A stretch of DNA of 64,000 nucleotides from Candidatus Magasanikiibacteriota bacterium (GCA_963802255.1 CAWDHY010000001.1:555842-619841); one strand, 5' to 3'. Positions 9,579-19,930 are shown, counted from the stretch's first letter. A program made the numbers and translations. The notes: generated from the letters alone by a model not told the origin.

Positions 9579-11198
9579 ATGATTTTAGGACAGCTTAACA
9601 ATCAATCAAAAACGATTACCGGTGCGGCGCTGATCATTGCCTCAGCCACGCTTCTTAGTAAACTTATAGGGCTCATCCGAGACAGGATACTTGCCCATTA
9701 TTTTGGCGCAGGTGAAATTATGGATGCCTATTACGCCGCCTTCAAGATTCCGGATCTAATTTATACTTTGCTTATTGTCGGTGCTCTTACCGCCGGATTT
9801 ATTCCAACATTTACAAAATTATTTTACGCCGGCGAAGAAAAAAGCCCCGCATGGCGGCTAGCAAATAATATCTTCAATATCGGGGGTCTGATAATCGCAG
9901 CTCTCAGCATTTTAGGACAAATATTAGCCCCATTACTCGTACCGGTTATTGCTCCCGGATTTTCCGAAGCCAATCGTGAACTTACCATTTCTTTAACCAG
10001 GATAATGTTTATTTCGCCATTATTTTTCGGTTTATCAATGACCCTGGGAGGAGTTCTTCAATCATTAAGGCGTTTTGTCCTATATTCAATCGCTCCAATT
10101 TTTTATAATTTAGGCATTATTATAGGAACCGTATTTTTCGTTAAATTTTGCGGACCAATCGGTCTTGCTTGGGGCGTTGTACTTGGCGCGGTATTGCACT
10201 TCTCTCTTCAAATGATAGGCGCCTACAATGGGGGCTGGCGCTGGAAATGGCACTTTGATTTAAAAGATCCTGAAACCCGTTTGGTGGCCAAGCTAATGAT
10301 TCCCCGCACTCTTGGTCTCGCAGTTACTGAAATTAACGTTTTTGTTGTGACAATTCTGGCATCTCTCTTGCCCATCGGCAGTGTGGCTGTTTATAACTAC
10401 GCCAACAATCTTCAGGGTGTTCCGACCGGAATTATAGGCATTCCGTTTGCGCTGGCTGTTTTTCCTCTTCTATCAGTGGCGGCGGCAAAAAACAATACCC
10501 AGGAATTTATAAAATATTTAAGCAGTACGGCACGGCAGATAATTTTTTTAGTGATTCCAATTTCTATTATTGTACTGCTTTTAAGAGCACAAATTGTCCG
10601 CGTTGTACTTGGTTCAGGAGCCTTTGACTGGAGCGCGACCACTGCCACGGCAAACGCATTGGCTTTCTTTTCCTTCGGGCTATTTGCTCAATCGCTCGTC
10701 CCTCTTTTAGCGCGCGCTTTTTATTCGCTTTGCGACACAAAAACACCATTCGTAACAGGCATTATTGCAGAACTTATTGCAATTATCTCTGCTCTAATAT
10801 TAATGAAGCCGCTGGGAGTGGCCGGCCTGGCGCTTGCCTCTTCTATTGGAGCTATCGTAAATCTGACACTACTATCAATTTATTTACGAAAAAATACCGG
10901 TGGAATTGAAGGAGAAAAAATAATTTCATCTCTGTATCGCGTTTCTATTGCGGCTATTGCCATGGCCGTTGTAATACAATTATTGAAATATCCTCTGGCT
11001 GATATTTTTAATCTTAATTATTTCCATGGCGTGCTGGGGCAAGGCCTAACAGCTGGAATAGCCGGTCTTATTGTTTACGGCTTCATTTGCTGGCTATTAA
11101 AAGTACCTGAATTTATTTCTATAAAAGAAGCCTTAAAAAAACGCTGGCTGAAAACCCGCAATATTGACACTCCTGAACTTATTGAAACAAAAGAATGA
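9579..11198 (+). CDS. murJ: Lipid II flippase MurJ (MviN)
   Basis: LLSKLIGLIRD, FGAG..DAYYAAFKIPD, about 14 TM. Confidence 0.95.
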   Translation: MILGQLNNQSKTITGAALIIASATLLSKLIGLIRDRILAHYFGAGEIMDAYYAAFKIPDLIYTLLIVGALTAGFIPTFTKLFYAGEEKSPAWRLANNIFNIGGLIIAALSILGQILAPLLVPVIAPGFSEANRELTISLTRIMFISPLFFGLSMTLGGVLQSLRRFVLYSIAPIFYNLGIIIGTVFFVKFCGPIGLAWGVVLGAVLHFSLQMIGAYNGGWRWKWHFDLKDPETRLVAKLMIPRTLGLAVTEINVFVVTILASLLPIGSVAVYNYANNLQGVPTGIIGIPFALAVFPLLSVAAAKNNTQEFIKYLSSTARQIIFLVIPISIIVLLLRAQIVRVVLGSGAFDWSATTATANALAFFSFGLFAQSLVPLLARAFYSLCDTKTPFVTGIIAELIAIISALILMKPLGVAGLALASSIGAIVNLTLLSIYLRKNTGGIEGEKIISSLYRVSIAAIAMAVVIQLLKYPLADIFNLNYFHGVLGQGLTAGIAGLIVYGFICWLLKVPEFISIKEALKKRWLKTRNIDTPELIETKE

Positions 11199-12988
11199 TT
11201 ATGAATGAAAACATAAAAAATTTCTGTATTATTGCTCATATCGACCACGGCAAAAGCACACTGGCGGACCGATTTTTGGAATTGACCGGCACGGTCGCAA
11301 GACGCGATATGAAGGACCAGCTTTTGGATTCAATGGATCTTGAACGGGAACGGGGCATAACAATTAAACTGACTCCTGTCCGGATGGAATATCAAAAACA
11401 TATTTTAAACCTGATTGATACACCCGGTCATGTTGATTTTAATTATGAGGTATCCCGTTCATTGGCGGCCGTAGAGGGCGCCGTGCTCTTAGTTGACGCG
11501 ACTCAAGGTGTACAAGCCCAAACTATCGGCAATCTTTATTTGGCGCTGGAGCAAAATCTGACGATTATTCCTGTAATCAACAAGATTGACATGGCTCTCG
11601 CTAATGTGGAAAAAACTAGGGAAGAAATTATTCATTTAACTGGCTGCAAGGATAGTGAGATAATTATGGCTTCGGGCAAAACAGGAATTGGCGTACCGGA
11701 AATTCTGGACGCCATAATCAAACGTATCCCCTGCCCTTCCGACAACGCGAACAAACCGGCGCGCGCCTTAATTTTTGATTCCGAATACAATGAGTACAAA
11801 GGCGTAGTCGCCTCAGTCAGAATGGTTGACGGAGAATTAAAAAAAGGTGAAAAAATTCGTCTAATGACAACTCATACTCCGGCCGAAATTCTGGAAATCG
11901 GATACTATAAACCGAAATTCAAACCGGCTGACAAATTGGCTAATGGTGAAATCGGATATATTGTTACGGGCTTAAAAGAAGTGCGAGATTGCCGAGTCGG
12001 CGACACGATTGCCATATCAGGCGAAAACTCCGCTAAAACTCCTCTGCCGGGGTACAAAGAAGTTAAACCGATGGTTTTTGCCGGCATATTTCCAAAAGAA
12101 GGCAATGAATTTCAGGAACTGCGTGATGCGATAGATAAACTTAAACTCAATGACTCAGCCTTATACTTTGAACCAGAACATTCGCAAGCGCTTGGCTTCG
12201 GCTTTCGTTGTGGCTTTTTAGGAATGCTTCATTTGGATATTTTTCAGGAACGGCTCAGGCGGGAACATAATCTGGAAATTGTAATTACTGTACCAAGCGT
12301 AGCCTACAAAATACTAAAAAACGGCGGCGTGGAAATAATAATTCACGGGCCTCAAGAAATGCCGGACCCGGGCCATATCCAAGAAATTTCTGAACCATGG
12401 ATGACGCTCGATATTATTACGCCAAAAGATTTTGTCGGAAATGTTATGGGTCTAATATCAGAACGCCGTGGCCGGTATATCAATACGGAATATCTTTCAT
12501 CCGGGTCTGACCAGCGTGCGGTAATCCATTATGAAATACCACTGTCCTCTCTCATTACCGACTTCTATGATAAGTTAAAAACAGTCACTTCGGGATACGC
12601 TTCAATGAATTATGAATACAAAGGATATGAACCGACTGAAGTGGTAAAACTTGATATACTAATCGCTGATGAGCCGGTTGAAGAACTTTCCACTCTTGTT
12701 TGGAATGACGAAGCATACAAAACAGGAAAGAGAATTGTTCAATCCTTAAAAGAATCATTACCGCGCCAACAATTTGAAATAAAAATTCAGGCGGCCATCG
12801 GAGGAAAAATTATTGCAGCCGAAAGATTGTCGGCCTATCGCAAAGATGTGTTAGCAAAACTATACGGCGGAGACGTTACGAGAAAAATGAAGCTTCTTGA
12901 AAAACAAAAGAAAGGAAAAAGAAAGATGGCGGCCCACGGAAAAGTGGATATACCGACAGAAACATATTTAAAAGTATTAAAAAGATAA
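11195..12988 (+). CDS. lepA: Elongation factor 4 (LepA)
   Basis: IIAHIDHGKSTLADR, LIDTPGHVDF, GFRCGFLGMLH, YGGDVTRKMKLL. Confidence 0.98.
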   Translation: MIMNENIKNFCIIAHIDHGKSTLADRFLELTGTVARRDMKDQLLDSMDLERERGITIKLTPVRMEYQKHILNLIDTPGHVDFNYEVSRSLAAVEGAVLLVDATQGVQAQTIGNLYLALEQNLTIIPVINKIDMALANVEKTREEIIHLTGCKDSEIIMASGKTGIGVPEILDAIIKRIPCPSDNANKPARALIFDSEYNEYKGVVASVRMVDGELKKGEKIRLMTTHTPAEILEIGYYKPKFKPADKLANGEIGYIVTGLKEVRDCRVGDTIAISGENSAKTPLPGYKEVKPMVFAGIFPKEGNEFQELRDAIDKLKLNDSALYFEPEHSQALGFGFRCGFLGMLHLDIFQERLRREHNLEIVITVPSVAYKILKNGGVEIIIHGPQEMPDPGHIQEISEPWMTLDIITPKDFVGNVMGLISERRGRYINTEYLSSGSDQRAVIHYEIPLSSLITDFYDKLKTVTSGYASMNYEYKGYEPTEVVKLDILIADEPVEELSTLVWNDEAYKTGKRIVQSLKESLPRQQFEIKIQAAIGGKIIAAERLSAYRKDVLAKLYGGDVTRKMKLLEKQKKGKRKMAAHGKVDIPTETYLKVLKR

Positions 12989-12989
12989 T

Positions 12990-13088
12990 ATGAAACACAA
13001 AACCATAAAAAATCTTTGGATTATTGTTGCGCTTATCGGCGTTGCCGCCATGATAATGTTCACAATAATGCCTGCATTCCAGTTTTAA
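12990..13088 (+). CDS. Small 32-aa single-TM protein
   Basis: MKHKTIKNLWIIVALIGVAAMIMFTIMPAFQF*; fills the lepA-recJ gap (1 nt after the lepA stop). Confidence 0.6.
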   Translation: MKHKTIKNLWIIVALIGVAAMIMFTIMPAFQF

Positions 13089-13099
13089 TCATTCTTTAC

Positions 13100-14875
13100 A
13101 TGAAAAAATGGGTTGTTATTGAACCGCCACCGGGTGAATTTTTTGAAAATCACCCTGAGTTGCCGCCGATTGCCGCGCGGCTTCTTTGGAACCGTAATTT
13201 ACGCACTCAGGAACAAATAGACGAATTTTTAAATCCCGATTATCTGGCCGATGTACACGATCCTTTTTTGTTTAAAGATATGAAAAAAGCGGTGCATATT
13301 ATTTTTGAAGCGATAAAATCGCAAAAAAATATTATGGTACACGGAGATTATGATGCTGACGGAGTTTGCGCTTCAAAAATTCTTCTTAGCACTTTAAAAA
13401 ATATAGGCGCTAAAAACATTAATGTTTTTTTACCACACCGTGAAATCGACGGATACGGATTAAACATGAATAGTATAAATTCATTTATTGAACAGAGGGT
13501 TGATTTAATAATTACGTGTGACTGTGGTGTGTCAAATTTTGAAGAAATTAGTGCGGCGAAAGATGCGGGAATGCAAATTGTTCTGACTGACCATCATACG
13601 GTTCCCTCTGAATTGCCGAGAGCAGATGCCATCATTCATGCTCTGGTTCCCGGTGAGCCATATCCGGATAAAGGGCTTGCCGGAGCGGCGGTAGCTTTTA
13701 AACTGGCGCAAGCACTTATTAAGACAAGTAAGGTGAAAGGTGAAAAATTATGCGATGGCCAATCGCACGAGGCTTATGAAAAATGGCTGCTTGATCTGGT
13801 GGCAATTGCCACGATCGGCGATATGGTTCCTCTTGTGGGCGAATCCCGCACACTTACACGCTATGGGCTGACTGTTTTAAACAAAACAAAAAATATCGGC
13901 TTGAAAGAAATGTTAATAGCTTCATCGCTTGCCGATGAAAATGGAAACCCAAAAAAAGGAGCTTATACTTCTGAAACGGTAAGTTTTCAAATTGTACCTC
14001 GTCTTAATGCTGCAGGAAGAATGGACCACGCCAATACTGCGCTTGCTCTTCTTATGGCGGAAAACAATGATGAGGCGCAAAGTTTGGCTTTGCAACTTAA
14101 TAAAAATAATTCCGACCGTCAAAAGCTGACCGAACAGATGGTTGAACAGGCAACAAGCCAAATTAAAAAAATGAAGCAGGAAAAGAATCCTGTCTTAATT
14201 GTTATGGGTGAAAAATGGTCAACCGGGATAATTGGCCTTATTGCCGGAAAAATTAAAGATTTATATTATAAGCCGGCATTGGTTCTGGGCAACGACGAAG
14301 GAGAGATAACCGGTTCGGGCCGAAGCGTTCCACAGTTTAATATGATTAACGCCCTACAATCAATGCCTCAATATTTTTCTAAATTCGGTGGTCACCCTCT
14401 TGCTTGCGGTTTTTCATTGAAATCGATGGATATGCTTTCTGGTTTCAAAAATGAAATTAATCTGCTTGCTAAGAAACAAATGGCGGGAATTGAACTTGTA
14501 CCGCAAATTTTAATTGACGCTGAAGTAAATCTGGAGGAAGTTGATTGGAAACTTTACGATATTCTTCAAAAATTTGAACCATTCGGCCAGGCAAATGAGG
14601 AACCTCTTTACTTAGCAAAAGGATTAACCGTAATAGAAATAAATCCAGTCGGTCAGGACGGCCGCCATTTAAAGCTGATGGTTAAGCATAATTCTCATCT
14701 TATAAAGAAAACCATTGCTTTTGGTTTTGGTAATGCCGACAAACACCCGACTGACTGGAAAAAAACTTTAAAACCCGGTGATAAAATAGATATGGTTTTT
14801 GCAGTAGGCGTAAATGAGTGGAACGGAAATCGCGAATTAGAACTTTCAGTGAAAGACATGAAAAAAACCGGATAG
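13100..14875 (+). CDS. recJ: Single-stranded DNA exonuclease RecJ
   Basis: GDYDADG, ITCDCG, TDHH, PRLNAAGR, FGGHPLACG; start MKKW at 13100. Confidence 0.96.
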   Translation: MKKWVVIEPPPGEFFENHPELPPIAARLLWNRNLRTQEQIDEFLNPDYLADVHDPFLFKDMKKAVHIIFEAIKSQKNIMVHGDYDADGVCASKILLSTLKNIGAKNINVFLPHREIDGYGLNMNSINSFIEQRVDLIITCDCGVSNFEEISAAKDAGMQIVLTDHHTVPSELPRADAIIHALVPGEPYPDKGLAGAAVAFKLAQALIKTSKVKGEKLCDGQSHEAYEKWLLDLVAIATIGDMVPLVGESRTLTRYGLTVLNKTKNIGLKEMLIASSLADENGNPKKGAYTSETVSFQIVPRLNAAGRMDHANTALALLMAENNDEAQSLALQLNKNNSDRQKLTEQMVEQATSQIKKMKQEKNPVLIVMGEKWSTGIIGLIAGKIKDLYYKPALVLGNDEGEITGSGRSVPQFNMINALQSMPQYFSKFGGHPLACGFSLKSMDMLSGFKNEINLLAKKQMAGIELVPQILIDAEVNLEEVDWKLYDILQKFEPFGQANEEPLYLAKGLTVIEINPVGQDGRHLKLMVKHNSHLIKKTIAFGFGNADKHPTDWKKTLKPGDKIDMVFAVGVNEWNGNRELELSVKDMKKTG

Positions 14876-14904
14876 ACCGGCCAATTATTTAAATAAGTTT
14901 ACAT

Positions 14905-14938
14905 AAAAAAATACCCCGTTTAGTCGGGGCATTTTTTA
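14905..14938. terminator. Bidirectional terminator between recJ and the YtxH-like gene
   Basis: A-run, CCCCG/CGGGG stem, T-run between convergent genes. Confidence 0.65.
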
Positions 14939-14946
14939 TTAATATT

Positions 14947-15258
14947 TTAACCGTTTCTTATCTCCTTTTCTAATCCCTCCCATTTTTTCTGTAATTCCTT
15001 AATTAAATTATTTTTTATATCAATAGCCAGCTCTTTCTTAGCGCTATATTCTTCCACCGCTCTTTCAACAAGCGCATTCCACATCTCGCGAGTTGGGCCC
15101 TCCAATTTTTTAATACTTTCTCTCAATTCACTGTATAACGGCTCGATGTGAGCGATTAATTTGGCCCGGTATTCCTTTCCCTTAACAGTGGCATTAAGCC
15201 ACATTAATCCGGCCCCCAGAACGCCGCCCAGCACTAATCCTTTTTTGAATCTACCCAT
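14947..15258 (-). CDS. YtxH-like protein
   Basis: FKKGLVLGGVLGAG...KGKEYR followed by a helical region. Confidence 0.6.
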   Translation of the reverse strand: MGRFKKGLVLGGVLGAGLMWLNATVKGKEYRAKLIAHIEPLYSELRESIKKLEGPTREMWNALVERAVEEYSAKKELAIDIKNNLIKELQKKWEGLEKEIRNG

Positions 15259-15283
15259 ATTGATAAAATTAATTATTTAACGA

Positions 15284-16132
15284 TTAGCCGCAGCTGGCGT
15301 CAGTATTCGTACCCGTGCCAACACCAAAACTCGGCGAGGCGCTTTGCGTACTAAGAGCAGTATCGCATTCAGAGGGCGCATTATTAAAGCTTGAGCAAAT
15401 TACCTGTTTAACCGCTTCAGGGCTACGCGACACTTCCACCTGCACGCCGTTAATTACAAGAGTCGGCGAACCCTGCACACCATACTTTTCATTCTCTGTC
15501 GCATGCACATCGTAAAGAGGAAATTGTCCGCTAAGCCAGCTTGCTTTGTCATCTAAATTCGCTTTTATTCCGAATTGCGAATCGGCTTTTGCCATGCATG
15601 AATTTACCTGGCTTTCGCTAACTCCTGCTTCCTTCAAACAAGCCGCATAATCATCTTTACCCGTAAAACAGGTAAGGTATTTTGCAAACTTCGCACTCTG
15701 GTCTTTTTGTATGCAGTACTGCCTGGTATTCTCGTTAATTTCTTTTTCTCCATGCATTGCATATGAAACAAATTTAATATCCATTTCGGCCTTCTTCTTT
15801 AATAATTCATAAGCCGGCAGATACGCTTTTTCCATCTGAAGTCCATAAGGACAATATGACATCACAAACAATTCAACCTTTGGCTTGTCGGTTTTTGGCG
15901 GAGGTGTCGCCTCTTGTTGCTGCGCACTCGCAATATCTTGAGCTTGGGCTGCCGCAATTGCTTTATTATTTCCGGCGGCGGCCGCACAATTAACCCCCTT
16001 TGTTAATGACATCACGACGAGCACTATAAAGCCGATAGTGCAAAGAATTAACAAGCCGGCAATTCCGCCAACAATCATGGCGCTTCGCGAATCCAACAGC
16101 TCAAAAAAATTCTTTTTTTCTCCATTATCCAT
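15284..16132 (-). CDS. Membrane-anchored thioredoxin-fold (DsbA/GILT-like) protein
   Basis: VELFVMSYCPYG, MHGEKE, YGVQGSPTLVING; N-terminal TM. Confidence 0.75.
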   Translation of the reverse strand: MDNGEKKNFFELLDSRSAMIVGGIAGLLILCTIGFIVLVVMSLTKGVNCAAAAGNNKAIAAAQAQDIASAQQQEATPPPKTDKPKVELFVMSYCPYGLQMEKAYLPAYELLKKKAEMDIKFVSYAMHGEKEINENTRQYCIQKDQSAKFAKYLTCFTGKDDYAACLKEAGVSESQVNSCMAKADSQFGIKANLDDKASWLSGQFPLYDVHATENEKYGVQGSPTLVINGVQVEVSRSPEAVKQVICSSFNNAPSECDTALSTQSASPSFGVGTGTNTDASCG

Positions 16133-16136
16133 ATAG

Positions 16137-16772
16137 CTATTTACTTAATAAATGATTATAAACAGATATGTAGGCACCCGCCTCCACATCTTCTTTGCTT
16201 AATTTTATAGCATCTATATCTAAAGTCAAGTGGATACTCTGCTGATTACTTGAATCACATATTATATCTTCCAATAATAGCATTTTTTTATCATTTAAAA
16301 ATTTTGAACAGGCACTATTCTTTTTGCAGGTTTGAACCGAGACTGCAATTAAAATATCAGCCAAATCAATCAATTTGGGCAAATAATATCTGTTGTATAA
16401 AGATAAAAAAAATGAAAATAAATCCTTAACATCAATATTCCTGTAAAAAGTAATGACCAACGGTTTCTTCCGCTCTTTCTTCCATTTTATCAAATCACCG
16501 GCTAAACCCATAAATGGAGTATGGAGATGAACGATGTCAGCCGCATCCAATTCTGAAATTACATGTGAGCCGCTAAACAATCCGGCAAATTTCATAGTCG
16601 GAGTTTTCATAGTCGTTTCAATCTGTTCCCTCCGTGACACCGTTCCATATTGAAGGGTGAAGGCTTCAGAGTTAATTCCACAAGTTCTCTCCCTCTCGGC
16701 CAAATTCATCGCCTGATCGCGGATATCTATAAAATAATCATAGACTGAAGGTATAATGTGTATTACTTTCAT
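16137..16772 (-). CDS. GT4-like N-terminal domain only protein
   Basis: MKVIHI, ADIVHLHTPF, PLVITFY; lacks the C-terminal EX7E domain. Confidence 0.6.
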   Translation of the reverse strand: MKVIHIIPSVYDYFIDIRDQAMNLAERERTCGINSEAFTLQYGTVSRREQIETTMKTPTMKFAGLFSGSHVISELDAADIVHLHTPFMGLAGDLIKWKKERKKPLVITFYRNIDVKDLFSFFLSLYNRYYLPKLIDLADILIAVSVQTCKKNSACSKFLNDKKMLLLEDIICDSSNQQSIHLTLDIDAIKLSKEDVEAGAYISVYNHLLSK

Positions 16773-17584
16773 ATCAATATTTTTTTCGCCTTCAAATGAA
16801 CATTAGGCGAAGGAATAAAGAAAAAAATATTCGATTCCAGAGTGACGAGAGAATTAACAATATTTTTAAACAAGCCCGGCCGCCGCCTACTTGAATGCTT
16901 AAAAAACTGTTCATTATTCAGCTGTTCATTTCCCGTTTTCTTCGCATAGTTATCCATGGCTACAAAAACGGCGACGCCCAAAATCTGTCCGAGAAAATGT
17001 TCCGCATAGGTTACGCTCTCGACAAAAAAATTATTTTTTTTAAATATTTCCTCCAGCCTTTTACGGGAGAAAAAATTTATGTGCCCGGCATATTTTTTGG
17101 TTAATCCGCGTTTCAGCCCCAATTTATCCAGTAGGTGCCATATTGAAGTAAAATCGCCTTCACAGGGAACAAAGGCATAAAGCACCCCGCCCGGTTTAAG
17201 AATGCGATATATTTCTTTTAATAAAACATCGGGGTCATTTACATGCTCAAGAACATCAAAAATCGCGATACCGTCAAATTCATTATCAGAATACGGCAAA
17301 TTACGTTCTCCACAGAGTGAATATTCAACTCCGTCAGAGAATGATTCGGCAATATTTATTGCCGCTTCACTAACATCGGTTCCAAAACATTGCCATGATT
17401 GCCTAAACGATTTTAAAGCACGTATAAATGTGCCTGCTCCACAGCCGACTTCCAATATTTTTGATTCTTCCGGCAAACCGAAAAATGAATTCATACACCG
17501 ACGTAAGCGAACATTTGTGGGGTCACTCCATTTATATGACGCCTGCCCATTACCCCAAACCGATTTGTTATAATCAAACGTCAT
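16769..17584 (-). CDS. Class I SAM-dependent methyltransferase
   Basis: ILEVGCGAG, DVLEHV, RILKPGG, HINFFS. Confidence 0.9.
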   Translation of the reverse strand: MTFDYNKSVWGNGQASYKWSDPTNVRLRRCMNSFFGLPEESKILEVGCGAGTFIRALKSFRQSWQCFGTDVSEAAINIAESFSDGVEYSLCGERNLPYSDNEFDGIAIFDVLEHVNDPDVLLKEIYRILKPGGVLYAFVPCEGDFTSIWHLLDKLGLKRGLTKKYAGHINFFSRKRLEEIFKKNNFFVESVTYAEHFLGQILGVAVFVAMDNYAKKTGNEQLNNEQFFKHSSRRRPGLFKNIVNSLVTLESNIFFFIPSPNVHLKAKKILI

Positions 17585-18696
17585 ATCAAAGTTCGATAAA
17601 CTTCATTTAGAGTAAATATGTGATTATTCCAATCATACTGAAGCGCCCTTTCCCGCGCTCTTCCCCTGATAATATTTTTTTCTTCATTGTTAAATAATAG
17701 TACCCGTTCGATACAATCTTTCCATGCCTGGTCGCTGTTTAATGATGCAAGAAAACCATTAACGCCGTTCTTAATGCGGCCCTTTATACCCGCGATATCG
17801 CTTGCGACCACAATCGCACCACAAGACATAGCTTCTACCACAACCAGTGAAAATGATTCGGAAAGTGAAGGAACCGCCACCAGGTCTGCGTTTGAATAAT
17901 ATTTTGATAAATCATTTCTGGCGACACCTGACCCAAGAAAGATAACTCTATTTTCATATTGCGTCGCAACGATTAGTTTCTTAAGCCTCTCTTCATCATA
18001 TCCCCCGCCGACAGACGCTAGAACGGTATCTTTAGGTAATTTCGGCAGTAAATTTATTAAAAACTCCAAATTTTTTACCGGTAAAAAATTACCGACAAAT
18101 AGTATTACCTTTTTATTGTTTAATTCCGGTTTCCCAACAGCAGACCAATCACCTTCCCGCCGGCTAAACTCATAGGTATCCACTCCATTAGGTAAAAAAA
18201 TAATTTTTTCTTTTCCGATGAAACGTCCGAATTTTGACTCTTTAAAATAATCCGCATCAACGGCGATTATCTTATCCGCAAATGTAAAAATTTTCCCGGC
18301 AAACATTGAATCATATATTCTTTGAAGCAAACCTTTTGCGCCGGCGCTTTGAGGGTCCATGTGATATGTAACCACCAGCTTAAAACCCAGCAATTTTTTC
18401 GCTTTTATCAGCGAACCCAACGCACCATAAAAAGGATAATGAAGATGAACGATATCAAAACCGCGAAGCAATTTCGGCAATCCAGAGATAATCCCCGCAT
18501 CACCGATTTTTATCACCGGCCGAAGCCGTCGGACAACAAAGTTGTATTCATTGTCATTATATTTTACACCCGGATATTTTAGCGTAAAAACACAAACATC
18601 ATTTTCTGGTGATATTCGTTTTGCTTCTTCAAGACAAACCGACCCCATCCCGCCAATATGCGGTGGAAAAGTTGATACTAAGTGTGCGATTTTCAT
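17581..18696 (-). CDS. Glycosyltransferase family 4
   Basis: FPPHIGG, VHLHYP, PNGVD, ESFSLVVVEAMSCG. Confidence 0.92.
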   Translation of the reverse strand: MKIAHLVSTFPPHIGGMGSVCLEEAKRISPENDVCVFTLKYPGVKYNDNEYNFVVRRLRPVIKIGDAGIISGLPKLLRGFDIVHLHYPFYGALGSLIKAKKLLGFKLVVTYHMDPQSAGAKGLLQRIYDSMFAGKIFTFADKIIAVDADYFKESKFGRFIGKEKIIFLPNGVDTYEFSRREGDWSAVGKPELNNKKVILFVGNFLPVKNLEFLINLLPKLPKDTVLASVGGGYDEERLKKLIVATQYENRVIFLGSGVARNDLSKYYSNADLVAVPSLSESFSLVVVEAMSCGAIVVASDIAGIKGRIKNGVNGFLASLNSDQAWKDCIERVLLFNNEEKNIIRGRARERALQYDWNNHIFTLNEVYRTLI

Positions 18697-18715
18697 TTTT
18701 AAATATTTATCAAAA

Positions 18716-19585
18716 TTACAAAATTATTCCATCACGATCCTCATCGCCTTCAGCATTCCGTAAAACATACACGTCGCCATTATACTGATCGGTTCCGACA
18801 AGCTCCGCCTCTCTGTTGTAAATCTGCTCGTACGGCTGACACGCCTGGCATCCTCCTTCACCAGCCGGACATTTATATCTTTCTATTTGTCTCGCTAATT
18901 TAATATTTCTCCCGACTTCAAGAACTTTTTCCCTGCTCTCATCAAGATCAGGCAGTATTTTCTCTGTTAAAACATCGCTATAATCCAAATACCAATAGCT
19001 GGCTTTGACAGCATTTCTTTTTTGACAATTATGTACAAGCAGGTGATAAATCGGCAATTGCAGAGAAGACGGATCCTCTTCGCTTTTTCCTGTTTTAAAA
19101 TCAATAATATGCACACTATCAGTTTCCGGCAAATATTCCAGCCAGTCAATTTTTCCGCATAAAATAAGATTTTCTTCTTCAGAAATCCAATAATATGGTA
19201 AATCCATATTAATTTTTACCGAGAGCTCCTCAATTGGGCCCGGATTGTCCATAACTCTTCTCATCATATTTTGACCCCTAGTTTTATATTTATATTCCAT
19301 CTCATCGTTAAAAAAGCCACCTTTTTTTCCGGATACTTTTTCCCAGGCAACATCAAATTTTTTGATCAAGGGAGTATCAAAACGACGATCTCGCGGCAAT
19401 GTTGAAAGTGATTCAAGCACGTCATGAACACACTGACCAAGTGCTAACGAGGGGCTCATCAGCTTTATCTTATGATTATTTTTCGGATCCCGATAAACAT
19501 TTTTAAGATAATACGCTCGTCCGCAACGCAAAAAATCACTAATAGAACTATGCGAGATCCAATATGCGCTATATTTATCCGGCAT
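18716..19585 (-). CDS. PD-(D/E)XK nuclease (RecB/AddB-like, four-Cys)
   Basis: ISHSSISDFLRC, GKIDW, IIDFKTG, QLPIY, C-terminal C..C..C. Confidence 0.85.
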   Translation of the reverse strand: MPDKYSAYWISHSSISDFLRCGRAYYLKNVYRDPKNNHKIKLMSPSLALGQCVHDVLESLSTLPRDRRFDTPLIKKFDVAWEKVSGKKGGFFNDEMEYKYKTRGQNMMRRVMDNPGPIEELSVKINMDLPYYWISEEENLILCGKIDWLEYLPETDSVHIIDFKTGKSEEDPSSLQLPIYHLLVHNCQKRNAVKASYWYLDYSDVLTEKILPDLDESREKVLEVGRNIKLARQIERYKCPAGEGGCQACQPYEQIYNREAELVGTDQYNGDVYVLRNAEGDEDRDGIIL

Positions 19586-19590
19586 AAAAA

Positions 19591-19926
19591 TTATTTTTTG
19601 CTTTCAATATCTTTTAAGGAAAGCAGGCGCGTCAGTACAGTGATTTCACGACGCTGCTTTTCCACAGAAATTAGTAAACGAAATACTAAGAAAAACAGAA
19701 GCACCAAGGCAAGATAGACAATTAGATCGGCGCCACGTCCGATACCAAGTTTATTTGAAAAATAAAATGTCGCGTCGGGCCAGATAACAACCGCACAAGC
19801 AGATACCCAGAATAAAATCCAAATTATCACCCCATATAACCCAACCTCTCCGCGCTTATAACGTATCAACGCGCTTACCGCTCCCAAAATAAACACTGCT
19901 AAAAGAATAATTTGTATTATGGTCAT
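19591..19926 (-). CDS. DUF2304-family membrane protein
   Basis: LGIGRGADL...ITVLTR; typical partner of the upstream GT2. Confidence 0.8.
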   Translation of the reverse strand: MTIIQIILLAVFILGAVSALIRYKRGEVGLYGVIIWILFWVSACAVVIWPDATFYFSNKLGIGRGADLIVYLALVLLFFLVFRLLISVEKQRREITVLTRLLSLKDIESKK

Positions 19927-19930
19927 AAAT

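Noticed and set aside
18716-19585. Cas4 / CRISPR locus
   Set aside because: No repeat-spacer array and no cas1/cas2 in the window
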